Below are positions 60,101-64,000 of a DNA stretch of 64,000 bases, in pieces. The stretch comes from Rhizaria sp. SCN 62-66 (Eukaryota). A program made the position numbers and the translations under genes. Each line of letters begins with the position of its first letter. The first letter of the stretch is position 1. The DNA lies in contig MEDY01000099.1 of NCBI GenBank assembly GCA_001724265.1, positions 1 to 64,000 on the forward strand, given 5' to 3'. The notes below the pieces were generated by a model. The model worked only from the letters and a program-made list of their open reading frames with translations. It was not told the origin of the DNA and made no database searches.

Positions 60101-63100
60101 GCTCGAACCTTGCATCAGCTGTTGAGGCTGCTCGTGAGGCCCAGGACGTGCAAGTCAACGTGCACCAAGCTTCCGAGCTTGCTGCTGCGCTTGCTGCTGC
60201 TAATGCCTACGCCAATGCGAAGCGTTCGAGCACGGTTGTTGCCCGCTCGCGATATTTAGGAGGCAGTGACCGGGGCGCCACTGCACGTGATGCGGCGACG
60301 GCTGCGAACAACGCTGCTGCTGCCGCTGCTGCTGCAGCTGTCGCAGCTGCGGAGGCGAGTGGCATGGCTGAGCAACAGTCGTACGCCGCACAGGCGCTTG
60401 AGCGGCTGTGCGCTGTGACCATTCCTCCACGTCACTCGCTCGCCGTTGATGTTGAGTTTCGCCCGCGATCTCACGCTTCAGTTGACGCTACTGTCTTCAT
60501 CACACTCTCTGAGGCACCGCCGAGCGCTGAGCCTGTGCGTGTTGCTGCTACTAACAAGGCCCTTGCACTTCGCATGTCGCCCGCTGCGGCTTCTCTGCAG
60601 GGCGGCGCATTCTCTTCTGTCACAGCAGCCGCTGTGCAGGCGCGTATGGCGCCTGTTACGGTTGTGCCTGCGCGCGCAGTTGATGCATACGCGCAGCGCT
60701 ATCTCAATCTTCTTCAGGCGCGCGAGTCCGTCACCCGCGATCTCAGCGCCGTTGCGCACCCGTCCGTGCGGCTTCTGCGCCAGCGCAGGCTTGTTGAGCG
60801 TCGGCTTGAGGAGGATTATGGCGTTGAGCCAGCTGCTCGTGGAGCCGCTTGCTCTGATGCAATTTCCAGTGACGCGGGTGGCGACGGAGTCTTTGCAGAA
60901 GCTGGCGCATCTTTGATGGGTGCCAATGAAGCTCCTGCTGGTGCTCAAACGCTGCTGCAGACAATGCTTGCAGCTGGCCTCCGTGCGGGCTCTGCTGCAT
61001 CACTTGCTGCAGCGCTGCGTATCTCCGGTAGCTGCCAGCGTTCAGTGCACTGCGCGCCCACCTCTCTTAACTTTGGTGCTGTAGCACTCGGATTGTCTCT
61101 CACTGCGCCTGCACCGTCTCGTGCCGCACTGGTTCACTCCTTTACTCAGGCAGTCAACAACAATAGTATTGCTGCGCGCTCTGGCAGCATGTCTGACTCT
61201 GCTGCTGGGTCTGCGTTTGCACTGACATCGGAGCAGCTCACTATTATTGAGGGCGAACTTGCTCCTCCTACTGGTGGTTTTATTATCACAGCTGGCGGAG
61301 TTTCTCCCGCTACAGTCTCTACATCTCGTCCATCAACCGGCACTTCCGCATTAAGCAGCGCCACTGGCGCGAGTGCGCGCGTTAAGCAGACGCTAACGGA
61401 CGTGATGACATTCTCTGTGCAGAACTCATCTCTACAGCCTCAGGACATTCTCCTTGAGGCGGTGTCTCCGTCGTGCTTCACAGTCCTGTCCAAGCGCGTG
61501 CTGTGGGTTCTGCAGCCCGGAGAGGTGGTTCACATCCCGGTGCTCTTTACTCCGACCGTCACCACGGTCACTGCGCACGTTGGCACGCTTAACATTCCGG
61601 TTGCCGGCTCCGGAGCTGGTAAGCCTGGACGCCGTGGCTCTGCATTACTCTCGCACACACGCGTGCTGACTTCGTCACCGCCTTTGACAACCTCCAGTAT
61701 CTCCTCTTCAGGCAACTCTGCTGCACCCGCAGCGACTGCAATGAGTGTGCAGCGTCAGGCGTTGCTTGTAGAGCCTACTCTAGGATCATTGCAGCTTAAG
61801 CACAAGTTTGGCACGACTTCCATTGCTCTTCGTGGTCTGGGAGCTTTTACACGTTTCGTTCTAGCTGGTGCGGATGCTATTGATGATGCTGAGCGTGCCG
61901 TGCTTGACACAGCGCTCCGTGCTGCCGCCACGTCCGTCACCGCTAATGCCTGGAATGACGCACCCGCGCCAGCGCAGACGACTTCTGCCTCGGCAGGTTA
62001 CCTGACATCGCTAAGCGGTGTTTTCACTGGTGTCCCTGGTGGCGTTGGCTCCACAGCTAATACTACGGCTGGATCTGTTGCTCTGCCTTCTGCAGCGTTG
62101 TCTTCCGGACTTGAGCGTCTGCGCCAGTCAATCAACGCGAGCAACTCTACAGCACTTGTCGCTCCCAGCGGTACGGTGTCGCTTCCGGCTGCGCAGGACT
62201 CGTCGCTAGCTGCGAGGTTGGTGCGCGATGTGCCGCAGGGCGTGCAGCGGGCTTACCGCGCTGTGTTCCCTGCAGTGGCTGTTGGAGACCGCGTGACGCA
62301 CACAATCTACGCTGTTAATACGGGCAAGCTTCCTGGCGAGGTCACTGTTGCTTGTGTGGACGCACCCTTTGCGCTCCTTGACATAGCAACAGGCGAGCCT
62401 TGCAGTGTTGTCACTACTGTCGTACCGGGTGACTCTTCGCTCGCGCTCACGGTTGCTTGCCACCCGCTGCGTGGAGACCAACAGGTCTTCCGTGGCCGGG
62501 TGCAGCTCGCTTGGCGCGCGACGCCTACTGCGGCACCCGTCCTTGAGACAGTATATGTCACTGCAGCGGCGGGGCAGCCGCGTCTGGCATGTGACGCTAC
62601 CCACGTTAACTACGGACTTGTGGTGCTACGCAAAACTGCAACGCGCGACGTGACTCTTCGCAACACGGGCGATGTCCCTCTTCGCTGGACCGCTCACGCG
62701 TTGCCGCAGCCGGGCTTCGCCGACGCTCCGCCCGCGCCCCGTGCGGCTATTGCGGCCGACGATGACGAACAGGACGGTGAGCAAGATGACCGGTCGTGGT
62801 TTGCTGTCGCGCCCGCAGGCGGCGTGATTTCGCCTCACTCTTCGTCCACGCTTCAGGTGTCGTTTGGTGCACGCAGTCTTGACGCGCTGCATAGCGCGAT
62901 TGAGATCGGTGGCGATGGTGGTGCGCTGCAGCTTGTCTGCAGCGGCCGCGTGATTGTGCCGCAGTTGATGGTGCCTACCCACCTTGACCGTGATTTTGGT
63001 ACTGCAACCGTGAATCAGACGCAGGAGGTGTTCTTTGAGGTTCACAATGCGGGAACTTCAACGCTATCACTTATCTCACGTATCGACAGTGTTACCACTG

Positions 63101-64000
63101 AAACCCCTACTGATGCCGCCGACGAAAGCTTTGTTCAGTTGATGCTGCGTGGCCGCGACGGTAGCGTACGCCCCGCTCACGCTGCACCCCGTGCTCCTCT
63201 CACAATGACTCCCGCGCTGACTTCTGCTGCTGACTCTTCTGCCGCGCTGCCTGACACAACATGCGAGGCTATGGAGCGCGTTTTCGCAGCCGAGGGTGAC
63301 GCAGCAACGCAGCCTCACGTGCATCAGCAAGGGCCTTTCCAGGTTGAGCCTGCATTTGCAGAGATTCCGCCGCACTCGACGCTGCGTATTGCTGTGCGCG
63401 CGACGCCTTCACGCCTCGGTGCTCGTTCTCGTGGTCGCCTGCTTATGTGCCCCGTTTACCCGCAGTTCTCCTCCGAGCACAACCGTGACGTTTTTCGTGT
63501 TGTTGACGTGCACGCAGGCGCGCTTACCTGCCTTGGCGGTGGTCCCTCGATGCATCTGGTTGTGACAATTGACGAGGCCCGTGTGCGTGCGTGGGCTGCA
63601 GACGTGGGTGTTGATCCCATTTCCGCGTTCCCTCGCGAGGCTGGCGTTGTTCCGGTTGGTGTTGTTCGTGCAGGCACTCGTGCATCTTTGCCCGATGTTC
63701 GCCTTGTCAACAGCGGTAACATGCCCGGCCACGTTCTGCTGCGTCCTACTAACAGTCAGCGCAGTGACTTGGATCAGGCACGCTCGCTAAATGCGCGTGT
63801 TGGCAGGACTGCCGGTGGTGCAGCCAAACAGCTCCCTGCTGCTGCTGTGCGCGGGGATGAGGAAGTGTTCTCGCTGACACCGCTGCAGGTCAAGTTATCG
63901 CCGGGCCAATCCGCGCAAGTCAGTCTTTCGTGCCAGAGCGCTGCCGTTGGGTTTGTTCAACGGTCATTCGACGCTTTTTGTCCCGAGGTTAACGGCATGC
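36178..64000 (+). CDS. Giant uninterrupted ORF (at least 9274 aa, 3' end beyond window) with multiple ASH/PapD-like Ig domains in its distal part; probably ciliary or centrosomal
   Basis: ATG at 36178 (MDSNSSSRPGTRPSIDHAF). The track reports no terminated ORF in this frame downstream, and every TAG I located is out of frame. Spot translations show ASH-like patterns: YVDFGVV (57124), IAFGKFRV..FRLEPKDAYVVQVRFEP (58897-59090), LAFGSVPV..YIANTGSLPL (59767-59845), VNYGLVVLRKTATRDVTLRNTGDVPLRW..FAVAPAGGVISPHSSSTLQVSF (62605-62866), DFGTATVNQTQEVFFEVHNAG (62992-63054). The ORF is well supported; the product assignment is inference. Confidence 0.85.
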   Translation, partial: MDSNSSSRPGTRPSIDHAFSAFPSSSAGIALDDLIAPSTPGLVSASVPSFLPPDMQLASAPRPPSTQGPAQSSHVSAAGSRTVSRLASASSFSSASAAATAAAPAASPVAGAASLPVLLPAPSLSPSLTPFGLAIIREAYLPPHVLSLCAARAAAGTPLDDRSRLLLALRYFTHPGRAAAAALGPDLALPPALPLDASADAAAEPVAETAAWNAPAWGSAYGKIGALARALAPAQLRTLMGPCPTSPAAAAAAASAEAARTGASPDAAVAGFPFVSALLASAIPPHAFLCLRDIVETALRLHEAREGALPPPLRAAAVRARATAAALAAARSAAHASAISSLHHSTTAAISMPVAASSEGAAMVLAAEAAGLTPDAVREMVAPRLFSIAAAPADAAEAAITAAAAAAAGALRGESWPEPVAALGSLLFAPPSASSSSAAAAAATALPATVANLRWTPDTELAAAFAAFLDAAMAHPEPLLRAAVLRALARWDVLTALGVLRCSKAHGAVVNTLLAVARGDEAAANRVAASHVLLHAVLAHYVVDFADAGDAATGKAAFVAGVLDQADAAAAADAAAVAAAAASHAASDAAFAPGPRPRRGSVSGSTGAMLMPSTSSSTSSTAVDPVAAASLSTLSTVLAQTFTTMCAGVRVRPSAVVWAAVAAGTELSQRRQEQLAAAARRRMNVGSTKLSLQHHVSAVAGAVVPHPMSPDANSRQLTNSSGAIGAAGAGNESGGAQQQHQQGKQRQRRGSTAAALVAPSLFEALPGLSDSEADTSVNASGEAVPLVSVLDLVQPGTGAGRGPAAQGSSEGISARLLADLPSFAHLTLTAGQTEADTADIATGAGVEADEDAAAHAATELSVAAALFTTAFVDAAPATVLTHRFIADTVLALATPAASAFATGDALDPAAAVLPLVAAVPARSEALRGLTGSGSLHSKPVFTLIAAFCAIALARPQLAHTQASLLRLWAFTLCETGSLPSASSSTASAAAASVLRASSTVTTAHARVFAAFRAAPALRRHPGAQDACSAVLSRWQDQLELRRRLLMRSRAARASLLKQALMSPDAATAAAAAAAVAGLDSGSGDSAATAALLASLAAGSDHTGAGGGLDEDDLRELELEVEAHAALTLRGQVNALRRVTALPGRYAVLSASAAADAEGAERQRVSGGGEADEAAGAASLVGTRALTLALPARLDPASSAPAPGVSALVAAAAGSGVVLHILPPAMEGVPAGAVTVPPAFRIGSSGATASAAAADDDETTVLSRRLFVPEGYTPLLTASTAAVPNSALAPPAAATADGMASASTTLLLPRLPPFTSARPIEAAVAQFRAQAKLLYEANRHKYSHSLRRMGRACGFFRVPFGFRPGPLTRLPSQPQRAHSAFIDDLYGHYIALAKARGQVFRAARALSGTSDAAAVAAVAAAVARLSLSSLPLLAPHLAAMPAFARRALATAAASARALALIPAFTGPAPTRSARATARGSGVAALPLLPLADSGSDATATALVPANAPLALAALSVGAVTAGSSRREQRQYAQLLMEVRAEAEQLHEQRVALLPRLEATAASLRQVRGSLAALEASVAHVFTAAGVGEEAIIHAATAGNGAAVAAVTADVDSGDEDDEPAAASLSGEADDDSAFAAYFDAPAQAAPAAAALTDESVTGTASRPDTARSAASGTATSLTASSRPTTAARTLLAAPSSNASSAAGAGPGARVPRGANPFGVPARFSAARAGELSALTLRELLRCTDLLCEVYGPSELAPVAAAFWLGPMHTVLHAALSVLNGTLALVPAGAVKARVAAAPNSSATALAVRSGASVPTAGATASSTGKKYIGSATAALASTIGPHSAALVPRRARRTLAAVLRAASGTAAALAAPTTATAPVASSFSAAAFVAAASGEDIFTAAAGAADAMLMHLQASLAAHVATTAPAPAPDSAAATVSVAPREGFYGAPYSRLTFLLSLARRLLSASAPPTLFPRTPASRRLPALSDSFSAASLCDTLAALAREAHQPVAAAAVDRFRLALAGTLGPVAAPLQLLADLRATLAGTLTEAAATLQVTTVVDSTAVASQDASGVAAGGAARSWRRRHEEVLERVLEVANTVKTTRTVNALTASMWGHVCDLLSRRLPPTLAITTGAKDVLTTLSAPQSVAKDALAALNEFAEVLRASSASLGELHAEQRAWTAAADDVARLLQGIEDCIMLHSGVAPGYNVVVSADGSELSARGRAISPTYPVSTLLVLAEARALAAAHAARLPAPALAAVEVAVGGALDLRFDRATGDGVATAAGEPALDEEALETALGEAIAALAYAKQSHSLRATGGSSAAAAAAAAAAASTTAAAATSGGRFSESLHRQLVSLVTELRRRINNAGRLHRCAVRGLASIMGAGTSTGSNNAVALERLVEAFLRCESPRQQAEHLLALATGTGYVAPAHHHAFLSAAAEHATTLLRLHPLPVAMPSLARLALLAPAAALARGAAGVPAPLPAPALAPAVLSYAAGSPSWLRPVAATAEPTAATLAAIAALAPCAPAAAPAAVAALVTALQPLLRLDPASTASHALATAADEHLPAAAGADSEAAWAAGRRAWTQTVRRARLVGAEMLRVLAVSESVYTRVETADLLAEFTLRPSERFPLAGGLVKSGPGAARPQLTVLVPSSSQIETVGALGLPDDALATATEGTEENDDGAVDTAIAAASAAAAAAGAVDVPLAPLRALYTVHGHRGLVSIPAGVIAPGYTSPEAVSALAALRSVLLGSPVLDDAATRYALAASSSASSAAAATALSARVAAAAQNLDWRALLSALGDAIALASDGYDRERGRWREQWVQLHLALGSDIDDLIVLLNDRPAATLAPADSSSPAPARSPAPGREALMLRPAPAASPASSRAVTTAPRAGTASGVSVRDEFNQAAAAAAVDPEAVAAAARAQEALALAQTVRAPCTALWASSAAGTTLANVLTVTPAAMPGACAGAGSLVRVNGLAAGENRLLHRVVRYINALPALHPAFATAVAGVVDALSRLQALSAPVPFASTRTLGAPVAVPNVPTLVSALATALSAVKTSMADSVGFVDAVQLPTAADWTANHRALRATLTRVSAVLEAVSDNAAAAALATVADATTDGAKMLPELPLSYTPLSLFATLERDFATVPAAEPLLSAARSALGAGDAGVAKDAVHAFLVAVERTEADEAAVAVCVATETKSHAAAASVASAASTAESRKGATTAWGASALLALVPVNWLRVLERVASIAGGLLVRMAHDNAAVRAALSDDVPATTLLFPVLSALDKLAHLTDDAATSDTGLVLDLPPSDGPALLTQLRNDLAVATATAPLPPALHLPLRTLAAAYESWDSRAVLAALVDVLRSVASAATSPVVLTPALLAITQTWPRAAAGVSSSDAGMSVPSGPFGLPMLRLSAPAAGTRASSNAVSATSATNHFHQSHTVSFATAQLQAHIALAEAAAATHSRTTKGKKSRAAHLAAASPGPVCALPLPATRFPMLELLLLARCTPTFAFAPAPAAAASPAALARALGAAPSMTWSNLHMSARRLCAILSASITARTCPAPAPALLVSTDPANDLPFTGHAHRGAFLAALRADGTLAIPTVSLTHALAHRPLRRAAASSDAAALVRAALLLLRSAGLPDSILARAETLAAALTVATSAGAASGVMLAPASARAAVLPPASLGAVPPLVSALLEELQESLVTYRVVAAPKTGPTAGVASTIMVALPEPAAAAAAARARARSVVAQVKFAGAEAAAAAAVLALMLHLSRTKLALCAADETAFSQASAFIHTSDSVSGASSGERPSMSRDSSLVTPNADLAALGGVKSSRLDAIVTTQLLTLPSDVSETANAARALSSVGAASLALRLVSAASPASLVDMIASFAANISLPETKTALHHMVRAVGALFNVGAATSAIVAPAALSASTAAEGSVESAESAASALVLQLGVQQSQASYRMWTAGIVATHHALHKDLVELIAAVREEITLGGGITAAVSHRARALVTALYPTAGRELWPHFFGERQPKQHQQMISARLSAGPARSQRSSTDDNDAAALRELLPAQGAGSESGYPALLCHQLVVPVDALCASLHAGDAKTARSQLAAIGDAVNTSAGRCKYLPWNVYAAHITAAHKCALALLAQLRAFTTANVSGEFTALPSLTGTTAVLSRLTINAATANDLSVVLTGTMQAFQSLAPALQPAATTGMLVSPLDAAAASDTTRAVKLASAEWQNAVDAAMRATIALSLSEADSLIEQDDLGMTSSNSVMADFLSDPVDSDVVALVPAATVAASPIARYPNMAEMSPAPASTSCAAVLKPFNVPSTLRTAGDWISESAVRDAADAFSAIAVAAASAGTFADQALAASASVYPELALATADVTAGAHTSYAALAALSDTCLTAASLLARAQQIVSAYTLPNEASLADAIQAPARTVAAPPLHPSVLLFAAVRAALTSRVCRAPTGGNASSRSDEGVTLGDDDESENSNEIDLLSRPYTALTQIAVDLGTNAFEPIAVSLTGAISISLTSSGDDGADVAAASAASRDSVVFAPLLNPALEAPLTQLQTLANNRLVRHMLANFAINTPAARRAAAALDDIFDDDVREEDDDDDDDDDDEKDDHDNVENSDDARGSGSFSSGVVSAASSRPSSVHSRPRTGTRGSTRGGTNDSGDWKFELTSLWGMLENALTSVNALYTRLEQARHGAHGHHPLTFALQSAPAAPGAGALSDAAAVQAESQLSAVVRQATALEARARLVSSVAEEEQVLALVRRLTAALDRGIAQEDAKIMKCKEGFEALFARKRVAADALWMRRKMAEAAEPSPSSTPIASDNAPRPAALHRAAKSISTPATGTRTSQGKPGTASGRNSTATGPRRAGSSHASQRAGIVTGASATESFLPAQRRIAASTAMTVAGGKKRQPTADDDDGDYEDDDEGDLYNEVLRDIYSDDDEGAAGGAVGSRRALSASRQRRGAASSDAPVSIDPSTLLSSVQTRAVTAADIAASLLQTADRSGLVTAKGLPAIFGASPAAEDPAMAAGGITASNAIAAATAAAGANAAEVARGIDEAAEHARAYVLAVQALGPFDFALGTRVRIDVPQPTFAVAPNAPAPLVFAELTVTGMRKSSSFNPLPTFAAPAPEPAPTGPQGAKPRRPAPTAPLGTIPSEPVSAKEAAVVRACGLKRGQVLTLRVSNKPVLAPAVLTLRARSTAKTGVDTDPELQAEENGSVWDVELTVGDVYGEEAYVHRHSVGVETSGLFRKLWTKHAAPFLGPEAAAHLPQVLTKPGGADPGSGSEEEDVRFSELTDAQRALRAEIRRRVRDITGAMRIPVAVNLYHNVATGRARVAAAASTAATTPGADEALASAMALSGGFESIPENDPEAAALQRPILPPSLPFYYPAANYPRLFAPSAAAAAAAVTLSAASRAPTSTPVPASAMPRWELPFPLSLAAAHAAAALGSHEAGAALLGGMSVNALAGLEPAVHPLPLGYTQSGLPFYSALPALRGAAARYLAGSSAAAAGAAPGTRGGYPAGAGGHSDSAASALALLLTPAALNPHALTPERFAAALNRVAGYTYSGAPFFPKPGFAAPAPDGYTYYGLPYYFPRTLLRYAELEAAADARLAAHMSDNAEAHDARFMRPLSASARRRNRNAAAAAALTSGGFYYQGGAGSGSDGDGGNGSASGDLSTDEEDRAKIDALRAEARRLIAREEAREGARREKKIAKWRAGKEAERAAAAEARRMRRASLGAAATAGESSDSDSTAMIVFREEDEAELDAVELSASEESDHFDAKAYGEDQNEDGVSTSGAAGSRFARLAKQLNSMADSSRALEREAAQRKDAKRAERRRTRAQKAKDWFTERGLMIEPESEDEAVAGRNIAAVALVSGRGGTDRGFVFGYDEAHLSSPAGTAASRKAPGLPSASSTYASTDGKGSIVRSRGASGTATAHTADLDEVDGYDVDTATTVDADGHVVPSQRKPSRRDRPLLRPGSGSGSRKHVGAGAEGDYGSDTDASSSDAGLSSPSGASSRAGSTRRSRIDRVSALSVAPSASRRRIPGDDVFAAIRNDPAEYDDDAKVRLRDADVMGAINKTALNTLERSRARVHARRASLALAAAAEREALADGMSPAVAAAAGAAASAAARQSGSGGAGRDSDSDGTGSEDLDSFPAVPLYAEDAAAGSEVTPAEAYTSAVRALRHIARFSATSLPMSLSFARSSFAYWAPAGSYAHAAVAAAVTAAAVRAPRGSGKPVVRILTLYVSDLYVERLTRMRDKHLSVQVATMPAGVFTIAPDDATGPDGALLQSRMRVGHSRQPSSSSPTDSATDGADVIASTYAASGFGQLRKLASAVINPAANRHGLLSPSTAAPSALEEPFGRSVATIDLARPVRAFIAASKLTGTPLAASPAPATPSSAEGTMVLATSTGFTNMAAPEGQQKEGIAVRIPVVFNPSQADASACTVGKLVVRTPWGMLLCESDLFGYTGPFIHVLQPAELKRAMHEAHSATASDDSPTVGSAGAARGFGFGSDSTLCCSLGESTATSVGVKNVTDFTIRVVINVSLTAKVSLEQPDPSPTSPSNAGAAARAQMRVDLGSPEVAHTFSTTVREICIGPGEIVPIDVLFAPTERCSYTAQLYFAVTAVRTQRRRRVVPASSAMSANASLADNAATEADEANVVAGANPTFVVVDSARAAARLRMAPSSRTSLTRGGLMGDIVDDSIDINVQLQSETISLTGIGGEPLLFTIDGPDSALSASSNDPATAAAAAAAQRASAAADSAAAARDCLLLGDSVMSAGGDDDDLARFVAAAGEDAVSDVSDKEFIGALAGLADAPAVDAAGRPVFDERGAVMTNRDVRLAAKRLERGRGRTGGRPGDDDDEPETAEARASALNNLRAANPLLTQDALLELHYQRQKAARERRREQEEAERKVAAVERFKREQQQEYLLRQRHSRLFGTGAASGANALRESYFARFTKADATQHTAETATTTKAVSGAATRARPRRIRRQYVDFGVVPRVPSVVAPLPHGVSNREVRTISSQNLLPHAVVVVVRCPENSVFSCEQRFLEVPPMATARIQVTLTVRATHAGSGSTPSGLHTGELDVFWEDGSHTVFHLQAYVGHPLFFDLAPRAFFPPVTPGDERFLSTVAYNASPYTLRWQVRAFKPDDRAGVTPADEGADVPIALLPLDPAASPSRAEEVPAVTDYFTPTAAALGDDSGSDVARDFPWPVIVTPPYGYACLTFSFTPQRPGAVVAPLRVQLISPSFLACAAHPRYEVSLTGLCVPAPAPDAAWQPVTEGAEDRLSDMLALQQWLSAPSSAQMLLSCVGPAPAGALAFEPPAPGSRFRIVPSGTIFLSNARPVRQHDEDAEVKQEDNDSGVAGDEKAIAAVLASAADTASLDLTPRQPVLVAAAQRTLTDEEEFYMLHSPELYLDFARGQLELTPRAALLADRRSAHTIARAGSRVFESLAPIDATRAFDPTALSLAPLSLRSVPVAHAAAGTAPEQCVVSQHAVTFAPYATTASGASADASNALVALSGRPQSAGTRARGHALADAADPSVAGVLHQGFVAAVSARDGFLSAVPVTGQSAGALVVVPATSIAFGKFRVDGCKSDYIVFRSHYLVSVVVTLRWRHSPDQNPFSLSDRTFRLEPKDAYVVQVRFEPTSQGACRETLQIVVTEPIAFSTNEMLTSPRARAEASTPSRGSLPPARVLMTRELIVTGTGYHSRFDGLPTRLCVGSTPLGTMAVTHFTLRNVGYVADSVIIYCPPPFLASETEFTLPPKASKTVILFYMPQRAEILARTVCVVAGAHLHRFTISAAAGILSVAALTHASLIARRSSTSAVYSSVSAGTGAPLDALTQRLRNSNVHNDTDAASTIGALTAPVVASCELAFGSVPVNTIVTMRVYIANTGSLPLRVTRVTTQAMNRPTVTHRGSLPSGRTAQSSNSTSDFAFVPRRLISSDLSAPASQLAAADAAALGGVRGSESDAGVRYTRDLWGWLRSNLASAVEAAREAQDVQVNVHQASELAAALAAANAYANAKRSSTVVARSRYLGGSDRGATARDAATAANNAAAAAAAAAVAAAEASGMAEQQSYAAQALERLCAVTIPPRHSLAVDVEFRPRSHASVDATVFITLSEAPPSAEPVRVAATNKALALRMSPAAASLQGGAFSSVTAAAVQARMAPVTVVPARAVDAYAQRYLNLLQARESVTRDLSAVAHPSVRLLRQRRLVERRLEEDYGVEPAARGAACSDAISSDAGGDGVFAEAGASLMGANEAPAGAQTLLQTMLAAGLRAGSAASLAAALRISGSCQRSVHCAPTSLNFGAVALGLSLTAPAPSRAALVHSFTQAVNNNSIAARSGSMSDSAAGSAFALTSEQLTIIEGELAPPTGGFIITAGGVSPATVSTSRPSTGTSALSSATGASARVKQTLTDVMTFSVQNSSLQPQDILLEAVSPSCFTVLSKRVLWVLQPGEVVHIPVLFTPTVTTVTAHVGTLNIPVAGSGAGKPGRRGSALLSHTRVLTSSPPLTTSSISSSGNSAAPAATAMSVQRQALLVEPTLGSLQLKHKFGTTSIALRGLGAFTRFVLAGADAIDDAERAVLDTALRAAATSVTANAWNDAPAPAQTTSASAGYLTSLSGVFTGVPGGVGSTANTTAGSVALPSAALSSGLERLRQSINASNSTALVAPSGTVSLPAAQDSSLAARLVRDVPQGVQRAYRAVFPAVAVGDRVTHTIYAVNTGKLPGEVTVACVDAPFALLDIATGEPCSVVTTVVPGDSSLALTVACHPLRGDQQVFRGRVQLAWRATPTAAPVLETVYVTAAAGQPRLACDATHVNYGLVVLRKTATRDVTLRNTGDVPLRWTAHALPQPGFADAPPAPRAAIAADDDEQDGEQDDRSWFAVAPAGGVISPHSSSTLQVSFGARSLDALHSAIEIGGDGGALQLVCSGRVIVPQLMVPTHLDRDFGTATVNQTQEVFFEVHNAGTSTLSLISRIDSVTTETPTDAADESFVQLMLRGRDGSVRPAHAAPRAPLTMTPALTSAADSSAALPDTTCEAMERVFAAEGDAATQPHVHQQGPFQVEPAFAEIPPHSTLRIAVRATPSRLGARSRGRLLMCPVYPQFSSEHNRDVFRVVDVHAGALTCLGGGPSMHLVVTIDEARVRAWAADVGVDPISAFPREAGVVPVGVVRAGTRASLPDVRLVNSGNMPGHVLLRPTNSQRSDLDQARSLNARVGRTAGGAAKQLPAAAVRGDEEVFSLTPLQVKLSPGQSAQVSLSCQSAAVGFVQRSFDAFCPEVNGM
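49948..49977 (+). repeat. GAT/GAC trinucleotide run encoding a poly-Asp tract in the giant ORF
   Basis: Ten consecutive GAT/GAC codons in frame. Confidence 0.85.

Noticed and set aside
36569-63790. Dozens of short frame +2, +3 and minus-strand ORFs
   Set aside because: All overlap the single open frame +1 and have Leu/Arg-rich off-frame composition.

Overview
Gene-dense eukaryotic (protist-like) nuclear DNA with GC-rich, Ala-rich coding regions, short AT-rich intergenic spacers and few AT-rich GT-AG introns (137-174 nt). I see nine protein-coding genes: a long coiled-coil protein (minus strand, runs off the left edge), a CLK/LAMMER kinase, an ankyrin-DHHC palmitoyltransferase, an A/B-type cyclin, the DNA polymerase delta catalytic subunit, an RS/RSP-repeat protein, a ~2600-aa unknown protein, an ENTH epsinR-like adaptor, and an uninterrupted ORF of at least 9274 codons (36178 to the right edge) with many ASH/PapD-like Ig domains. 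The supplied ORF track misses both edge-running ORFs. The most striking signal is that two adjacent genes each carry a single in-frame TAG (22132 and 26732) in the middle of continuous coding sequence, while all seven visible gene ends use TGA (6) or TAA (1). This suggests UAG recoding (reassignment, readthrough or editing), but nonsense alleles or base errors cannot be excluded from sequence alone. I recognised no RNA genes, mobile elements or CRISPR arrays. The organism cannot be identified from this window.
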